Positions 29,971 through 38,956 of a stretch of DNA of 64,000 nucleotides are shown one piece after another. The notes under the pieces were generated by a model. It saw only the letters and a list, made by a program, of their open reading frames with translations. It did no database searches and was not told the origin of the DNA. Source of the stretch: Candidatus Bathyarchaeota archaeon (GTDB lineage: Archaea > Thermoproteota > Bathyarchaeia > Bathyarchaeales > Bathycorpusculaceae); assembly GCA_963775685.1 (NCBI GenBank), contig CAVZJV010000014.1, positions 1,760,001-1,824,000 on the forward strand. Direction: 5' to 3'. The translations under genes and the position numbers were made by a program. The first letter of the stretch is position 1; every line of letters starts with the position of its first letter.

Positions 29971-30841
29971 GATTGCATGTTTTGTTGAAAGATATAATTT
30001 TACTGACCCCCGAGAGCAAGCCGCCTTGCAAAACTTTAAGCAAGCAGCCGAGCGGTCTGGGCAAGAATTCAGTTTTCTATTCCGCGAAAACATCGAAGAC
30101 ATCCAAAACTACAACGCTGTGTTCATTCGCGCAACCACTGACCCCCTTTTCACCTCATACATCGTGTCCAAAACAGCTTGGGAACTGGGCTTAAAAGTTG
30201 TCGACGATCCAGAATCAATCACAATCTGCGGCAACAAAATCCACCAATACGCGCTCTTCGAAAAATACAACGTCCCCCACATACCCACATTGTTCTTAAG
30301 CAAAGATGATTTGCACCACAAAAAAATCACCGAAATCTTTGACGCCCTCGGCAAACCCGTGGTCATAAAAGCGCCCTACACATCCTTCTCCCGCTACGTC
30401 GAAAAGGCTGCCTGTGAAACCAGCTTCCGCGATGTCGCAAAACGCTTCTTCAAAAAATCCGATGTTCTCGCCATACAAAAGTTCACACCGACAGCTTTTG
30501 ACTGGCGGGTGGGAGTTCTGAACAACGATATCTTGTACGTTTGCAAGTATATGATTCCCAAGGGCAAATGGAAGCATGGCGCTAAACTACGTGGCAAATC
30601 AACAGTTGTTTGGGGCAGAACCGTAAGTTCACAGAAACGGGACATGCCTGCCAGGCTAAGGGAAGTTGCGTTGAAAGCATGCAGCGTTGTAGGCAAGGGA
30701 CTCTACGGCGTGGACATCAAAGAAGTCGACGGCGACTACGTAGTGGTTGAAGTCAACGATAACCCAAGCATCTATGCAGGCTACGAAGACTCAGGCGACA
30801 AAGACATCTACCAACGCATCATAAACTACCTAGCCGAATAG
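29963..30841 (+). CDS. RimK-family ATP-grasp amino acid ligase
   Basis: FIRATT, DDPESI, PVVIKAP, FDWRVGVL, GLYGVDIKE, EVNDNPS. Confidence 0.9.
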   Translation: MSKIACFVERYNFTDPREQAALQNFKQAAERSGQEFSFLFRENIEDIQNYNAVFIRATTDPLFTSYIVSKTAWELGLKVVDDPESITICGNKIHQYALFEKYNVPHIPTLFLSKDDLHHKKITEIFDALGKPVVIKAPYTSFSRYVEKAACETSFRDVAKRFFKKSDVLAIQKFTPTAFDWRVGVLNNDILYVCKYMIPKGKWKHGAKLRGKSTVVWGRTVSSQKRDMPARLREVALKACSVVGKGLYGVDIKEVDGDYVVVEVNDNPSIYAGYEDSGDKDIYQRIINYLAE

Positions 30842-30903
30842 CCAAAGCGCTTCGACACGTATTTATTCCCTTTTCGTTATCAACTTGTCGTTGAGTGGTT
30901 AGT

Positions 30904-31869
30904 ATGCATAAAGAAGCATCGCATAAGGTTCCAGTGAAAGATTACGATTTTAACAAAGACCTGACAGTAGATGAGCTTGTTTTGCAGATGGATGCGGCGT
31001 GGGGCTTCACTGCTGGTAAACTCGCCGTTGGCGTCAACATAATGGAAGATATGATTAACAGCAAAGGGTGTGTCAAATTCCTCTCCTTTCCCGCCGACAT
31101 CATAGCTACTGGCACGCGAGGCGTAATTCGGGAACTCGTAAAACGCAAACTCGTAGACATAATCATAACAACCTGCGGCACCCTCGATCATGACGTTGCG
31201 CGCTGCTGGAAAGACTACTACAAAGGTAGCTTCATCATGAACGACACAAAACTCCACCAAGAAGGCCTAAACCGCCTCGGCAACGTCCTAGTTCCTAATG
31301 ACAGCTACGGCATAATCATCGAGAAGAAAATCATTCCAATGCTCGAAACCCTCTACAAAGAAGGCAAAAAAGAACTCTCCACAACTGAGCTCTGCCGCGA
31401 AATCGGCTTTCGCTGCTGCAACGAAACCTCGATTCTTTACTGGGCAGCCAAAAACGACATCCCAGTGTTTATTCCAGGCATCACCGACGGCTCAGTCGGC
31501 TACCAACTTTGGTTCTTCAGCCAAGACCACGAAGACTTCCGCATTAACCTGCTAAAAGACGAAGGCGACCTCAACAACATTGTTTTCGACGCCAAAAAAA
31601 GTGGTGCTCTCATCGTCGGCGGCGGTATCAGCAAACACCACACGATTTGGTGGAACCAGTTCAAAGATGGCTTAGACTACGTCGTCTACATCACGACGGC
31701 AGACGAATGGGATGGCAGCCTAAGCGGCGCACGACCAAGAGAAGCAGTTTCTTGGGGAAAAATCAACGAAAAAGCTAAACGCCTCATGATAGAAGGCGAC
31801 GCCACAGTGGTCATGCCAATAATGACGAGTGCGTTGCTTGAGAGGTTGAAGCAGAAAAAGAGCCAATAA
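30904..31869 (+). CDS. dys: Deoxyhypusine synthase (canonical archaeal type)
   Basis: ITTCGTLDHD, NRLGN, TDGSVG, GGGISKHH, DGSLSGARPREAVSWGK. Confidence 0.93.
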   Translation: MHKEASHKVPVKDYDFNKDLTVDELVLQMDAAWGFTAGKLAVGVNIMEDMINSKGCVKFLSFPADIIATGTRGVIRELVKRKLVDIIITTCGTLDHDVARCWKDYYKGSFIMNDTKLHQEGLNRLGNVLVPNDSYGIIIEKKIIPMLETLYKEGKKELSTTELCREIGFRCCNETSILYWAAKNDIPVFIPGITDGSVGYQLWFFSQDHEDFRINLLKDEGDLNNIVFDAKKSGALIVGGGISKHHTIWWNQFKDGLDYVVYITTADEWDGSLSGARPREAVSWGKINEKAKRLMIEGDATVVMPIMTSALLERLKQKKSQ

Positions 31870-31950
31870 CATTTTGTAAGAAAAGTACATAGATAAACTG
31901 TTGTTCAGGAATAAGTAAAGATCTTGGCAGCAATCAAGGGGCAAACATCC

Positions 31951-32331
31951 ATGAAAGCCATGACAATAACAGTCATAGTAATCGTCGCACTTGTTCTGGC
32001 AACTGGCTTATGGTACACACAAACGTATAGAGCAAGTCCTTCCTCAAATCCCGCACCAACGACAACAATGCCAACCGCAACAGCTACTTCCACACCAGCG
32101 ATAACAACGCCAACTACAATACCACTAGCCTCCACAGTGACTACAAACCTCAAACTAAAAAGGGTAGACACTACACCCGGCACCGGACACTGGGTATTAC
32201 TTATCAACGGCACTGTCACAAACGATAGCCCAAACCCCGCCTACGATGCAGGACTACACGTGTTCTCATCAGCTGACCCAGTCCTCTACATCTATGAAGA
32301 AACTATAGAAGTAACCGTACCCGTTGCTTAA
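31951..32331 (+). CDS. Membrane-anchored or secreted protein with Thr/Pro linker, probably truncated
   Basis: N-terminal hydrophobic helix, PTTTMPTATATSTP linker, INGTVTN beta-rich domain ending abruptly. Confidence 0.55.
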   Translation: MKAMTITVIVIVALVLATGLWYTQTYRASPSSNPAPTTTMPTATATSTPAITTPTTIPLASTVTTNLKLKRVDTTPGTGHWVLLINGTVTNDSPNPAYDAGLHVFSSADPVLYIYEETIEVTVPVA

Positions 32332-32774
32332 GGCACATACAACGCAACAAGCACTTAACACTGTCCACGATACCTCCAAACCAAACCGTTTCAGTAAGCA
32401 TTGAAATAATACCTCCCACCGCTTTAGGTGAATGGAGAGTGTTAAATGATACAACCGTGACTCTTGTATGGTCAAACCCGTAGTATGGTCAAATAAGCCT
32501 ACATAATTATTCTCAAACCGGTTAGTGCTGTTGACGTTGTGCTAAGGCATCGAAAAACCGCTAACCCATTAAGTTTTTCATAATAACGTAAATTGTCAAA
32601 AAATTTGGCTAATATATGACTGATATCGAAACTTGTCGTTTGTTAATCTAAACTTCTTTCGCCTTTTTTGAGGAAGGAAGAAAAACTGGACATGAAAAGT
32701 GTACGCCTATGAAGCAAACGGTTTATAGATAAACTCCTAACCTAAAAGAGAAAACAATAAAGTTGGAGGGCGTT

Positions 32775-33845
32775 TTATTGTACGCCTGCAAATAGCCAGC
32801 TCATGTCTGGCCCTTTCCGTTTTTCTGGAACGCGCTCAGCGAGTGCATGGCAAATTAGTGGCAATGCGATGGTTGCGTCGCAGTAGCATACTGCTCGGGT
32901 TCCTGTTTGGCTGTTGATTTTGCCCCAGCTAATCGCCTCTTCCAACGTGCAGCCAGATAAGCCGCCCCATTGGGGTGAGTCAGTTGTGATTTGGATGGCG
33001 TATTTGTGTGGGTAGTAGTATTCCTGTAGGCTTTTGCGTAAGCCGCCTTTTCTGCCTGCTACACCTTTGTCTTCAGTCATTGGGCTGACTGAGATGGCAA
33101 TGAGTTGGGTGAGGTCTTTGGGGACGCCGCCGCCGATGTAGACAACACCGACTTCCTTGGTTTTGGTACCGATGCTGACAAACTGGTCGAATTCTTTGAC
33201 GCTGTCGATGTGAACGTTGTGTCCTTGGTTTTTGGCTAAGAGGAAGGTTTCGCCATACGCGCTGTCAACCATGGCTGGGCTGAAGATGGGCACGCCGTTG
33301 GCTGCTGCAACTGCGGAGATAGCGGGAATGTTTTTCTTGCCGAGGTATTTGCCGAGCAGATAGAGGAATTCTGCTGAAGTGTAGTTGTAATCTTGCTTGC
33401 AGGTCATGACAAAGTCGGTGACGACTTCTTCCATTTTGCGGTAGTCGGTTTCTTTGCCGTAAACATCGTAGTATCGGTTGACGTCATCTTGGAGCAGTTG
33501 CTCGTCGTTAACCATGTGGTTGCCTTGATAGTAACCTAAGCCCATGGCATCCACGATGTCTTCGGAGACATTTGCGCCTGTGGAAACCAGCACGTCGATG
33601 AAACGGTTTTCTATAAGCCAGTTGATTATTGTCCATTGTCCCGCGGTGCTCATGGAGCCTGCAAAGCCCATGGCGATAACGGTGTCTTTAGATTTAATCA
33701 TGTTTTCCCAAACATCAACCGCTTCGCCGAGTTTGCGGCCTTGGTAAGCGGTTTTGCTCATTTCTTTTAGGAGTTGTGAAATTGGTTTTTGTTTTGTGAC
33801 TTTGATTGGTTCAAGTTTCTTACTGAAATATGAATCGTTACTCAT
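32775..33845 (-). CDS. Second deoxyhypusine-synthase-family protein (bacterial-like clade, possible homospermidine synthase)
   Basis: VSTGAN, GGGVPKD, QITTDSPQWGGLSGCTLEEAISWGK, CDATIALP. Confidence 0.88.
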   Translation of the reverse strand: MSNDSYFSKKLEPIKVTKQKPISQLLKEMSKTAYQGRKLGEAVDVWENMIKSKDTVIAMGFAGSMSTAGQWTIINWLIENRFIDVLVSTGANVSEDIVDAMGLGYYQGNHMVNDEQLLQDDVNRYYDVYGKETDYRKMEEVVTDFVMTCKQDYNYTSAEFLYLLGKYLGKKNIPAISAVAAANGVPIFSPAMVDSAYGETFLLAKNQGHNVHIDSVKEFDQFVSIGTKTKEVGVVYIGGGVPKDLTQLIAISVSPMTEDKGVAGRKGGLRKSLQEYYYPHKYAIQITTDSPQWGGLSGCTLEEAISWGKINSQTGTRAVCYCDATIALPLICHALAERVPEKRKGPDMSWLFAGVQ

Positions 33846-33931
33846 AGGAGAGTGCACCTCGTTTTACATTATTGGGCTTGTATATGAAATTTGTTATTGC
33901 TATAGAGCCAGACAATTATGGGGATGGAGTA

Positions 33932-34621
33932 TTAGCATTGAATTTTGAGCCATACCTTTCGTTTAACAAAAATAAGCGAAGTAAGCCCTGTGATAAACGT
34001 TGAAACCAACACGATCATGTTAGCTAAGGTAATGGACGATGTGTCTTGATTCATCGCCAGAGCGATTGCGACAAAGAGGTAGAACGAGACTCCACCAGTT
34101 ACTAGTTGCAATCCAGAGATGATTTTTCCGCATTGTCCAGCTTTAGCCTTTAGCCAACAGAGGAAAGAGTCAATTCTTCCATGAACGTCTGGAAGGTCAT
34201 CTAAAACCAAGGCCCCACCGCCCAGCAAGAAAACCCTACCAACGTTAACTGCAACGCTAGTGTCGTTTACGAAAAAGATGTTAAACAAAGACACAGGTGT
34301 GAAGAATATAACATAAGCTCCGGAGAATAGCAAAACTAGAATGCCATAGAAGTAATGGTGGAAAAACAGTCTGCCGGTATGTAGAGAGCGCCCGAGGCCT
34401 GCGCTTGGAAAAATGTTAATCACTGCAGCAACGATTAGTACCCAAAAAAGGCTGGCACTTATAAGATACGGAGAGAATGGCTGCCAATTATGGTAGCGCC
34501 AGTAAAAGCCTGAGAGGATGCCCATTGCGCAGCCAATAGATAGGAGCGCGTTGAAGACCAAAGTAACGCTGAATGTTTTTTTGCAAATCACCCAGCAGTG
34601 CGTAGCTTTTTTACCCGCCAT
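33932..34621 (-). CDS. Hypothetical polytopic membrane protein
   Basis: About 6 hydrophobic segments; HHYFYG and LVLDDLPD motifs. Confidence 0.7.
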   Translation of the reverse strand: MAGKKATHCWVICKKTFSVTLVFNALLSIGCAMGILSGFYWRYHNWQPFSPYLISASLFWVLIVAAVINIFPSAGLGRSLHTGRLFFHHYFYGILVLLFSGAYVIFFTPVSLFNIFFVNDTSVAVNVGRVFLLGGGALVLDDLPDVHGRIDSFLCWLKAKAGQCGKIISGLQLVTGGVSFYLFVAIALAMNQDTSSITLANMIVLVSTFITGLTSLIFVKRKVWLKIQC

Positions 34622-34839
34622 TCAACTTTCCCTTTTTCTCTTGGAAAAATTATAATGAAATAAAATCAAGGTTGTTTTTGAACGTTACGGAAAACAAACG
34701 CCAAACCCGTTGGTTTTTCTAGTTTGTTATCCCAATTAACCTGAAAGCAGCATTTCACTATTTCCCCTCGAGATACCTACTTCATGTAAGGAGGCGATAG
34801 TTTTCTCCAAGCAACTATCTACGGCTTGTTTGTCAGAAG

Positions 34840-36792
34840 TCACATTTTTTCTGGTGCAACGACACCAATCAAGTTAAGTGCGTTATGCATCACGACTTTT
34901 ATGGCTTGGGTCAAAGCAAGTCTAGCATCGCTAAGCTCCACGGAATCAGCTTTTATCACGGGGTAAGAGTTGTAGAACGTGTTAAATTTGTCCGCAAGCA
35001 CGTTGATGTAGTCAGCTATCATGTTAGGTTTGAGGTACTCTGTGGCTTCGATGAACATGTCGGGAAACCCTGCAAGCGCCAAAATTAGTTCCTTCTCGAG
35101 CTTTTCGGTAAGTAATTCAAAACCGGGGTTTTCTGGTTCACGTGCCGCTTTACGCAGTATGCTACAGGCCCTTGCATGAGTATACTGAACGTAGGGTGCG
35201 CCATTAGTTTCGAAGTTTAGGACGCGTTCCCAAGTGAACACTACTGGTTTGGAATAATCCACGTCTACAAGTGCATAACGCACAGCGCCTAAACCAACGA
35301 AATTGGCGATTTTGCGTTTCTCACCTTCGCTTAGCATTGGTGAACGCTTCGAAACCTCTTCGTAGGCTCGTTGGACCGCTTCGGTTAAAACCTCGTCGAA
35401 TGTGATGTAGTGTCCTCTTCTGCTGCTCATCTTGTAGCCTGGCAACGTAACCAAGTTGTAGGCAAAATGCACCAAATTCTCTGCCTGCTCTCTGTAACCC
35501 ATGGCGTAAAGGGCGATTTTTAGCTGCAACTGTGCCAGCGACTGCTCCATGCCAATTACGTTTATGACTTTATTCGCTTGCTTAAATTTCCAAATTGTGT
35601 ATGCGATGTCGCGTGTGGTGTAGAGTGTTGTCCCGTCTGCGCGTCCTAACGTGAGCGGTGGAACCTCGTTGTTCTGGCTTAAACCCAGCGTTGCCTTCAA
35701 ACCAAGAGTGTCTACGACTTTTTGGGCATCAAACGCTAATACGCCTTCTTCGCTATAGACAAATGGTGAAGCTTTAAGCTTGTAGAGAACCTCAGTAACT
35801 TTTGTGCTCCAGACAAAGTCGCTCTCCCAATCCCACGAATCATAAGTCACAGATACACGTCTCATTGTTTCTCTGAAGCCTTCAAGACAGAGGTCGCTGA
35901 CTTGACGGATGAGCTGTTTTGCGTTGGCTTCTCCGTCTTCATAAGCGCGGTTTAAACGATTGATTTCTTCCTCAGGATTTTCATCTAACCCAATTTGAGC
36001 TGTTAACGCCTCAAAAAGCACAGGATATTTTTCTTTAAGTTCCGCTGCAATAGACATCCACTCGTCGATTTCCTGGTTAGCCTTCACCAAATCAGCTGTA
36101 GATTGGGCAGCAACCGCAGCTTCGCGTGCTCTCTTTTGGCGATTAATCTCGACTAGGCAGCTGGTTACAGTGTAGATTTTGCCAACGAAAAGATCCGCTT
36201 TCTCGGTTGGCTTTGGCTTGCCTAACTTCGCGTAGCCGTAAGCCACAACCGAGGATTGCCTTCCCACATCGTCAATGTAGTAGTGGCGAGAAACCATGTG
36301 TCCTCGGCACTGCAAAATCCGCGCTAAAGCATCGCCAATCATTGGATTTCTGGCTTGCCCTATATGGATGGGATGCAGCGGATTGACGCTGGTATGCTCA
36401 ACAATAATCTTTTTTGGCTCATCTGTCTTGACAAAGCCGTAGTCTGAATCCAACTCTTTAATAGACCCCAAGGTTAACGCGGAGAATTTAGAAAAGTTTA
36501 GGTGGAAGTTTATGTACCCTGCACCTGCAGGCGCAACCTTCTCGATGAGGTTAAAGCCTGATTTGTCCATGGCACCAACAATCTGCTCAGCTAAAACGAG
36601 CGGTTTATGATTAAGTTTTTTTGCCAACTCAAAACAAAGCGACGACGCTAATTGCCCATACTCAATGTTTGGTGTCTTGTTTAGAGAAATGTATGGCTGT
36701 TTTATTTCCGGCAGAGCCTTTCCAAGGGCGTTTGCTAACGAGGTTTGGCATTCCAGTCTGAACTGGTTGAAGGGATTCTGTGAAACCACCAA
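34840..36792 (-). CDS. argS: Arginine--tRNA ligase
   Basis: VEHTSVNP, HIGQARN (HIGH), RADGTTLYTTRD, KMSSRRG, PYVQYTHAR, APEKM end. Confidence 0.96.
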   Translation of the reverse strand: MVVSQNPFNQFRLECQTSLANALGKALPEIKQPYISLNKTPNIEYGQLASSLCFELAKKLNHKPLVLAEQIVGAMDKSGFNLIEKVAPAGAGYINFHLNFSKFSALTLGSIKELDSDYGFVKTDEPKKIIVEHTSVNPLHPIHIGQARNPMIGDALARILQCRGHMVSRHYYIDDVGRQSSVVAYGYAKLGKPKPTEKADLFVGKIYTVTSCLVEINRQKRAREAAVAAQSTADLVKANQEIDEWMSIAAELKEKYPVLFEALTAQIGLDENPEEEINRLNRAYEDGEANAKQLIRQVSDLCLEGFRETMRRVSVTYDSWDWESDFVWSTKVTEVLYKLKASPFVYSEEGVLAFDAQKVVDTLGLKATLGLSQNNEVPPLTLGRADGTTLYTTRDIAYTIWKFKQANKVINVIGMEQSLAQLQLKIALYAMGYREQAENLVHFAYNLVTLPGYKMSSRRGHYITFDEVLTEAVQRAYEEVSKRSPMLSEGEKRKIANFVGLGAVRYALVDVDYSKPVVFTWERVLNFETNGAPYVQYTHARACSILRKAAREPENPGFELLTEKLEKELILALAGFPDMFIEATEYLKPNMIADYINVLADKFNTFYNSYPVIKADSVELSDARLALTQAIKVVMHNALNLIGVVAPEKM

Positions 36793-36882
36793 TTTCTCTC
36801 CTTGTCCATTTTGACGGTACTTTGATCGAGTTATGCTTTTAATGTGTAAGCGCATTTATCTGTGTACTGGATGCATATAGCG

Positions 36883-37731
36883 ATGAAAACAAAAGTCGTC
36901 TATTCAGAAAAATGTTTAGGTTACGGCACCTGGCATATCGAAGGACCTCAAAGAGTAAAAGTTGCCCACGATATTTTGGAAGAGAAAGGTTATGAGTTTG
37001 TGGAGCCCACGCCAGCTGATGACTGGGAACTGCTTGGCGTTCACGACGCTGATTACCTCTTTAACGTGAAAAAAGGCTTAGTCGAAGACTCCGACACACC
37101 TGCCTACGACAGAATCTTCGAGTATGCAAGACTCTCAGCGGGCGGTGCACTTTTAGCCAGTAAAATGAACGGTTTTTCACTTACGCGTCCCCCAGGACAT
37201 CATGCGGGAAAAAATGGTGCTGCATTGGGATCGAGCACACGCGGCTTCTGTTACCTAAACAACATCGCCATTGCCGTTAAAGAGTCTGGGAAAAAAACGT
37301 TAATCCTGGATATTGATGGACACCATGGTAATGGAACGCAAGAGATTTTTCAAGGCGATCAAAAAGTGGCTTATATCTCGCTTCATCAGTCACACAACTA
37401 TCCAGGAACTGGCGATTTAACGGAGGGCAATTGCATAAATTTTGCTTTGCAAGCAAACATTGGTGGCGCGAAGTACTTGGAAACTCTCGACAAGGCTGTG
37501 GGGAGGGTTGATTTAGGCAAGTTCGAGGCAGTTGCGGTTTCGGCGGGTTTCGACACGCATCAGGGTGACTTAGCGTCTTTAGGTTTGGTTGAGCAGGATT
37601 ATTTTAAGATAGGCAAAAGGGTGGCGTTGCTCAAAAAACCGGCGTTCTTTGTTTTGGAAGGGGGTTACGTGGGCGAGAAAGTTGGGATGGATATTGATAG
37701 TTTATTGAGGGGTTATGAAGAAAACTTGTAA
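36883..37731 (+). CDS. Histone deacetylase/acetylpolyamine amidohydrolase family protein
   Basis: RPPGHHA, GFCYLNN, DIDGHHGNGTQ, SAGFD, LEGGY. Confidence 0.92.
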   Translation: MKTKVVYSEKCLGYGTWHIEGPQRVKVAHDILEEKGYEFVEPTPADDWELLGVHDADYLFNVKKGLVEDSDTPAYDRIFEYARLSAGGALLASKMNGFSLTRPPGHHAGKNGAALGSSTRGFCYLNNIAIAVKESGKKTLILDIDGHHGNGTQEIFQGDQKVAYISLHQSHNYPGTGDLTEGNCINFALQANIGGAKYLETLDKAVGRVDLGKFEAVAVSAGFDTHQGDLASLGLVEQDYFKIGKRVALLKKPAFFVLEGGYVGEKVGMDIDSLLRGYEENL

Positions 37732-37748
37732 TTGAAAAAGGGTTATTA

Positions 37749-38360
37749 TTATGTTTTAGTTGATGTTGCTTTCTTGTTTAGGGCTTGCAGCTTCTCTGTT
37801 ATTCGTTCGGACCGTTTTTCTGCGACACTTAACAGTGGTTTCCAATCTTTGGCCTTGATCTGGGCTGAGAGTTTTTCGGTTTGTGCGCACAGATTTGTTA
37901 GCGCATCATTGAAACGTTTTTCTGCGGCTTCGTCTGATTCTACGAGCTCTAGGGCTTCTTCGGGGCAGGATTCTATGCATTTTGGTTCGCCTTCACAGAG
38001 GTTGCATGCAATGGCTTTTCCTGTGTCTGAGTGGATTGTGATTCCCCCGTGTTCGCAGGCTTGCACACACCAGTCGCAGCCTTTGCATTTGTCGTGATCA
38101 ATAATCAGTAAGCCTGTGCTCTCTGATTGGGAGAGTGCTCGTTCTGGACATGCTTTTACGCATCTTGCGTCTTGGCATCCTCGGCATGTTAAGGCAAAAT
38201 TGAAGACAGGTGCCATTCGGACAACTCTGATTCTGGACCTAAGCGGATTCCATATGCCTTCACCTTTCTCTACAGTGCAAGCATATTCACAGATTCCGCA
38301 GCCGATGCATTTGCTTGGGTCAACTGAAACAAATTTTCTAAGTTGAGTTTTAGCAGACAT
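37749..38360 (-). CDS. 4Fe-4S multicluster electron-transfer protein (DmsB/HydN/AOR-partner type)
   Basis: CIGCGICEYAC, CRGC...CVKACP, CKGCDWCVQAC, CNLC...CIESCP. Confidence 0.88.
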   Translation of the reverse strand: MSAKTQLRKFVSVDPSKCIGCGICEYACTVEKGEGIWNPLRSRIRVVRMAPVFNFALTCRGCQDARCVKACPERALSQSESTGLLIIDHDKCKGCDWCVQACEHGGITIHSDTGKAIACNLCEGEPKCIESCPEEALELVESDEAAEKRFNDALTNLCAQTEKLSAQIKAKDWKPLLSVAEKRSERITEKLQALNKKATSTKT

Positions 38361-38545
38361 TGTTACCAAACCCTTTTGGTGTTAAAGTAACATTGCGCAT
38401 CATTGGCTTTTAACCGTTACTTAAAAAAATTGTTAAATCTAAGGAAAAATGAGAATGCAATGAGGTTCACTTCGTAGCTTAGAAAAGTTATTGTCCCTAA
38501 AGGAAGGACCCAAAGGTTGAAAGAGACTTTAGTTTTAAAGAAGAG

Positions 38546-38756
38546 TTATTTTGGAGGAGGAGTTGGATTCCAAGGCATTTCAGAGTGCAGTTTGCCGCCT
38601 GAAGCCCAATTCTCTCGTGGGATTTCAGCAATAATAATTGTTGTTGCTTGACGGGGGATTCCCATGCTTTCGAAGACTTTAGTTATTCCTTCTACCATTT
38701 TTTTTCTTGTTCTCGAAACTAATTCCTGCCCAAACAGTAACTTGTATAACAGGCAC
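38546..38756 (-). CDS. 4-oxalocrotonate tautomerase family protein; one extra A at 38698-38705
   Basis: Corrected N-terminus (M)PVIQVTVWAG gives the catalytic Pro1; KKMVEGIT, ENWASGG. Confidence 0.8.
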
Positions 38757-38956
38757 ATACATCACCAATAAGGTACTGTTGGCAAGGAAAATTAATTTTT
38801 CTAAAGGACACAAAAAGCAAAAACGCAGCTAAACCTTTTCGGTTATTCTATTTCTTTTCCAGAGCTTCCGCCAAAAGCTCCCAAACAACCACATCTCTCG
38901 GCTTTCAAAAGTTACAGTGCCACTTAAAGCTTCGGCAAATTAATGATGTTATTCGC

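Noticed and set aside
32721-32734. GTTTA-N4-TAAAC as a fifth operator
   Set aside because: The spacer is 4 rather than 5 nt, there is no partner at 31 bp, and it lies downstream of convergent genes.
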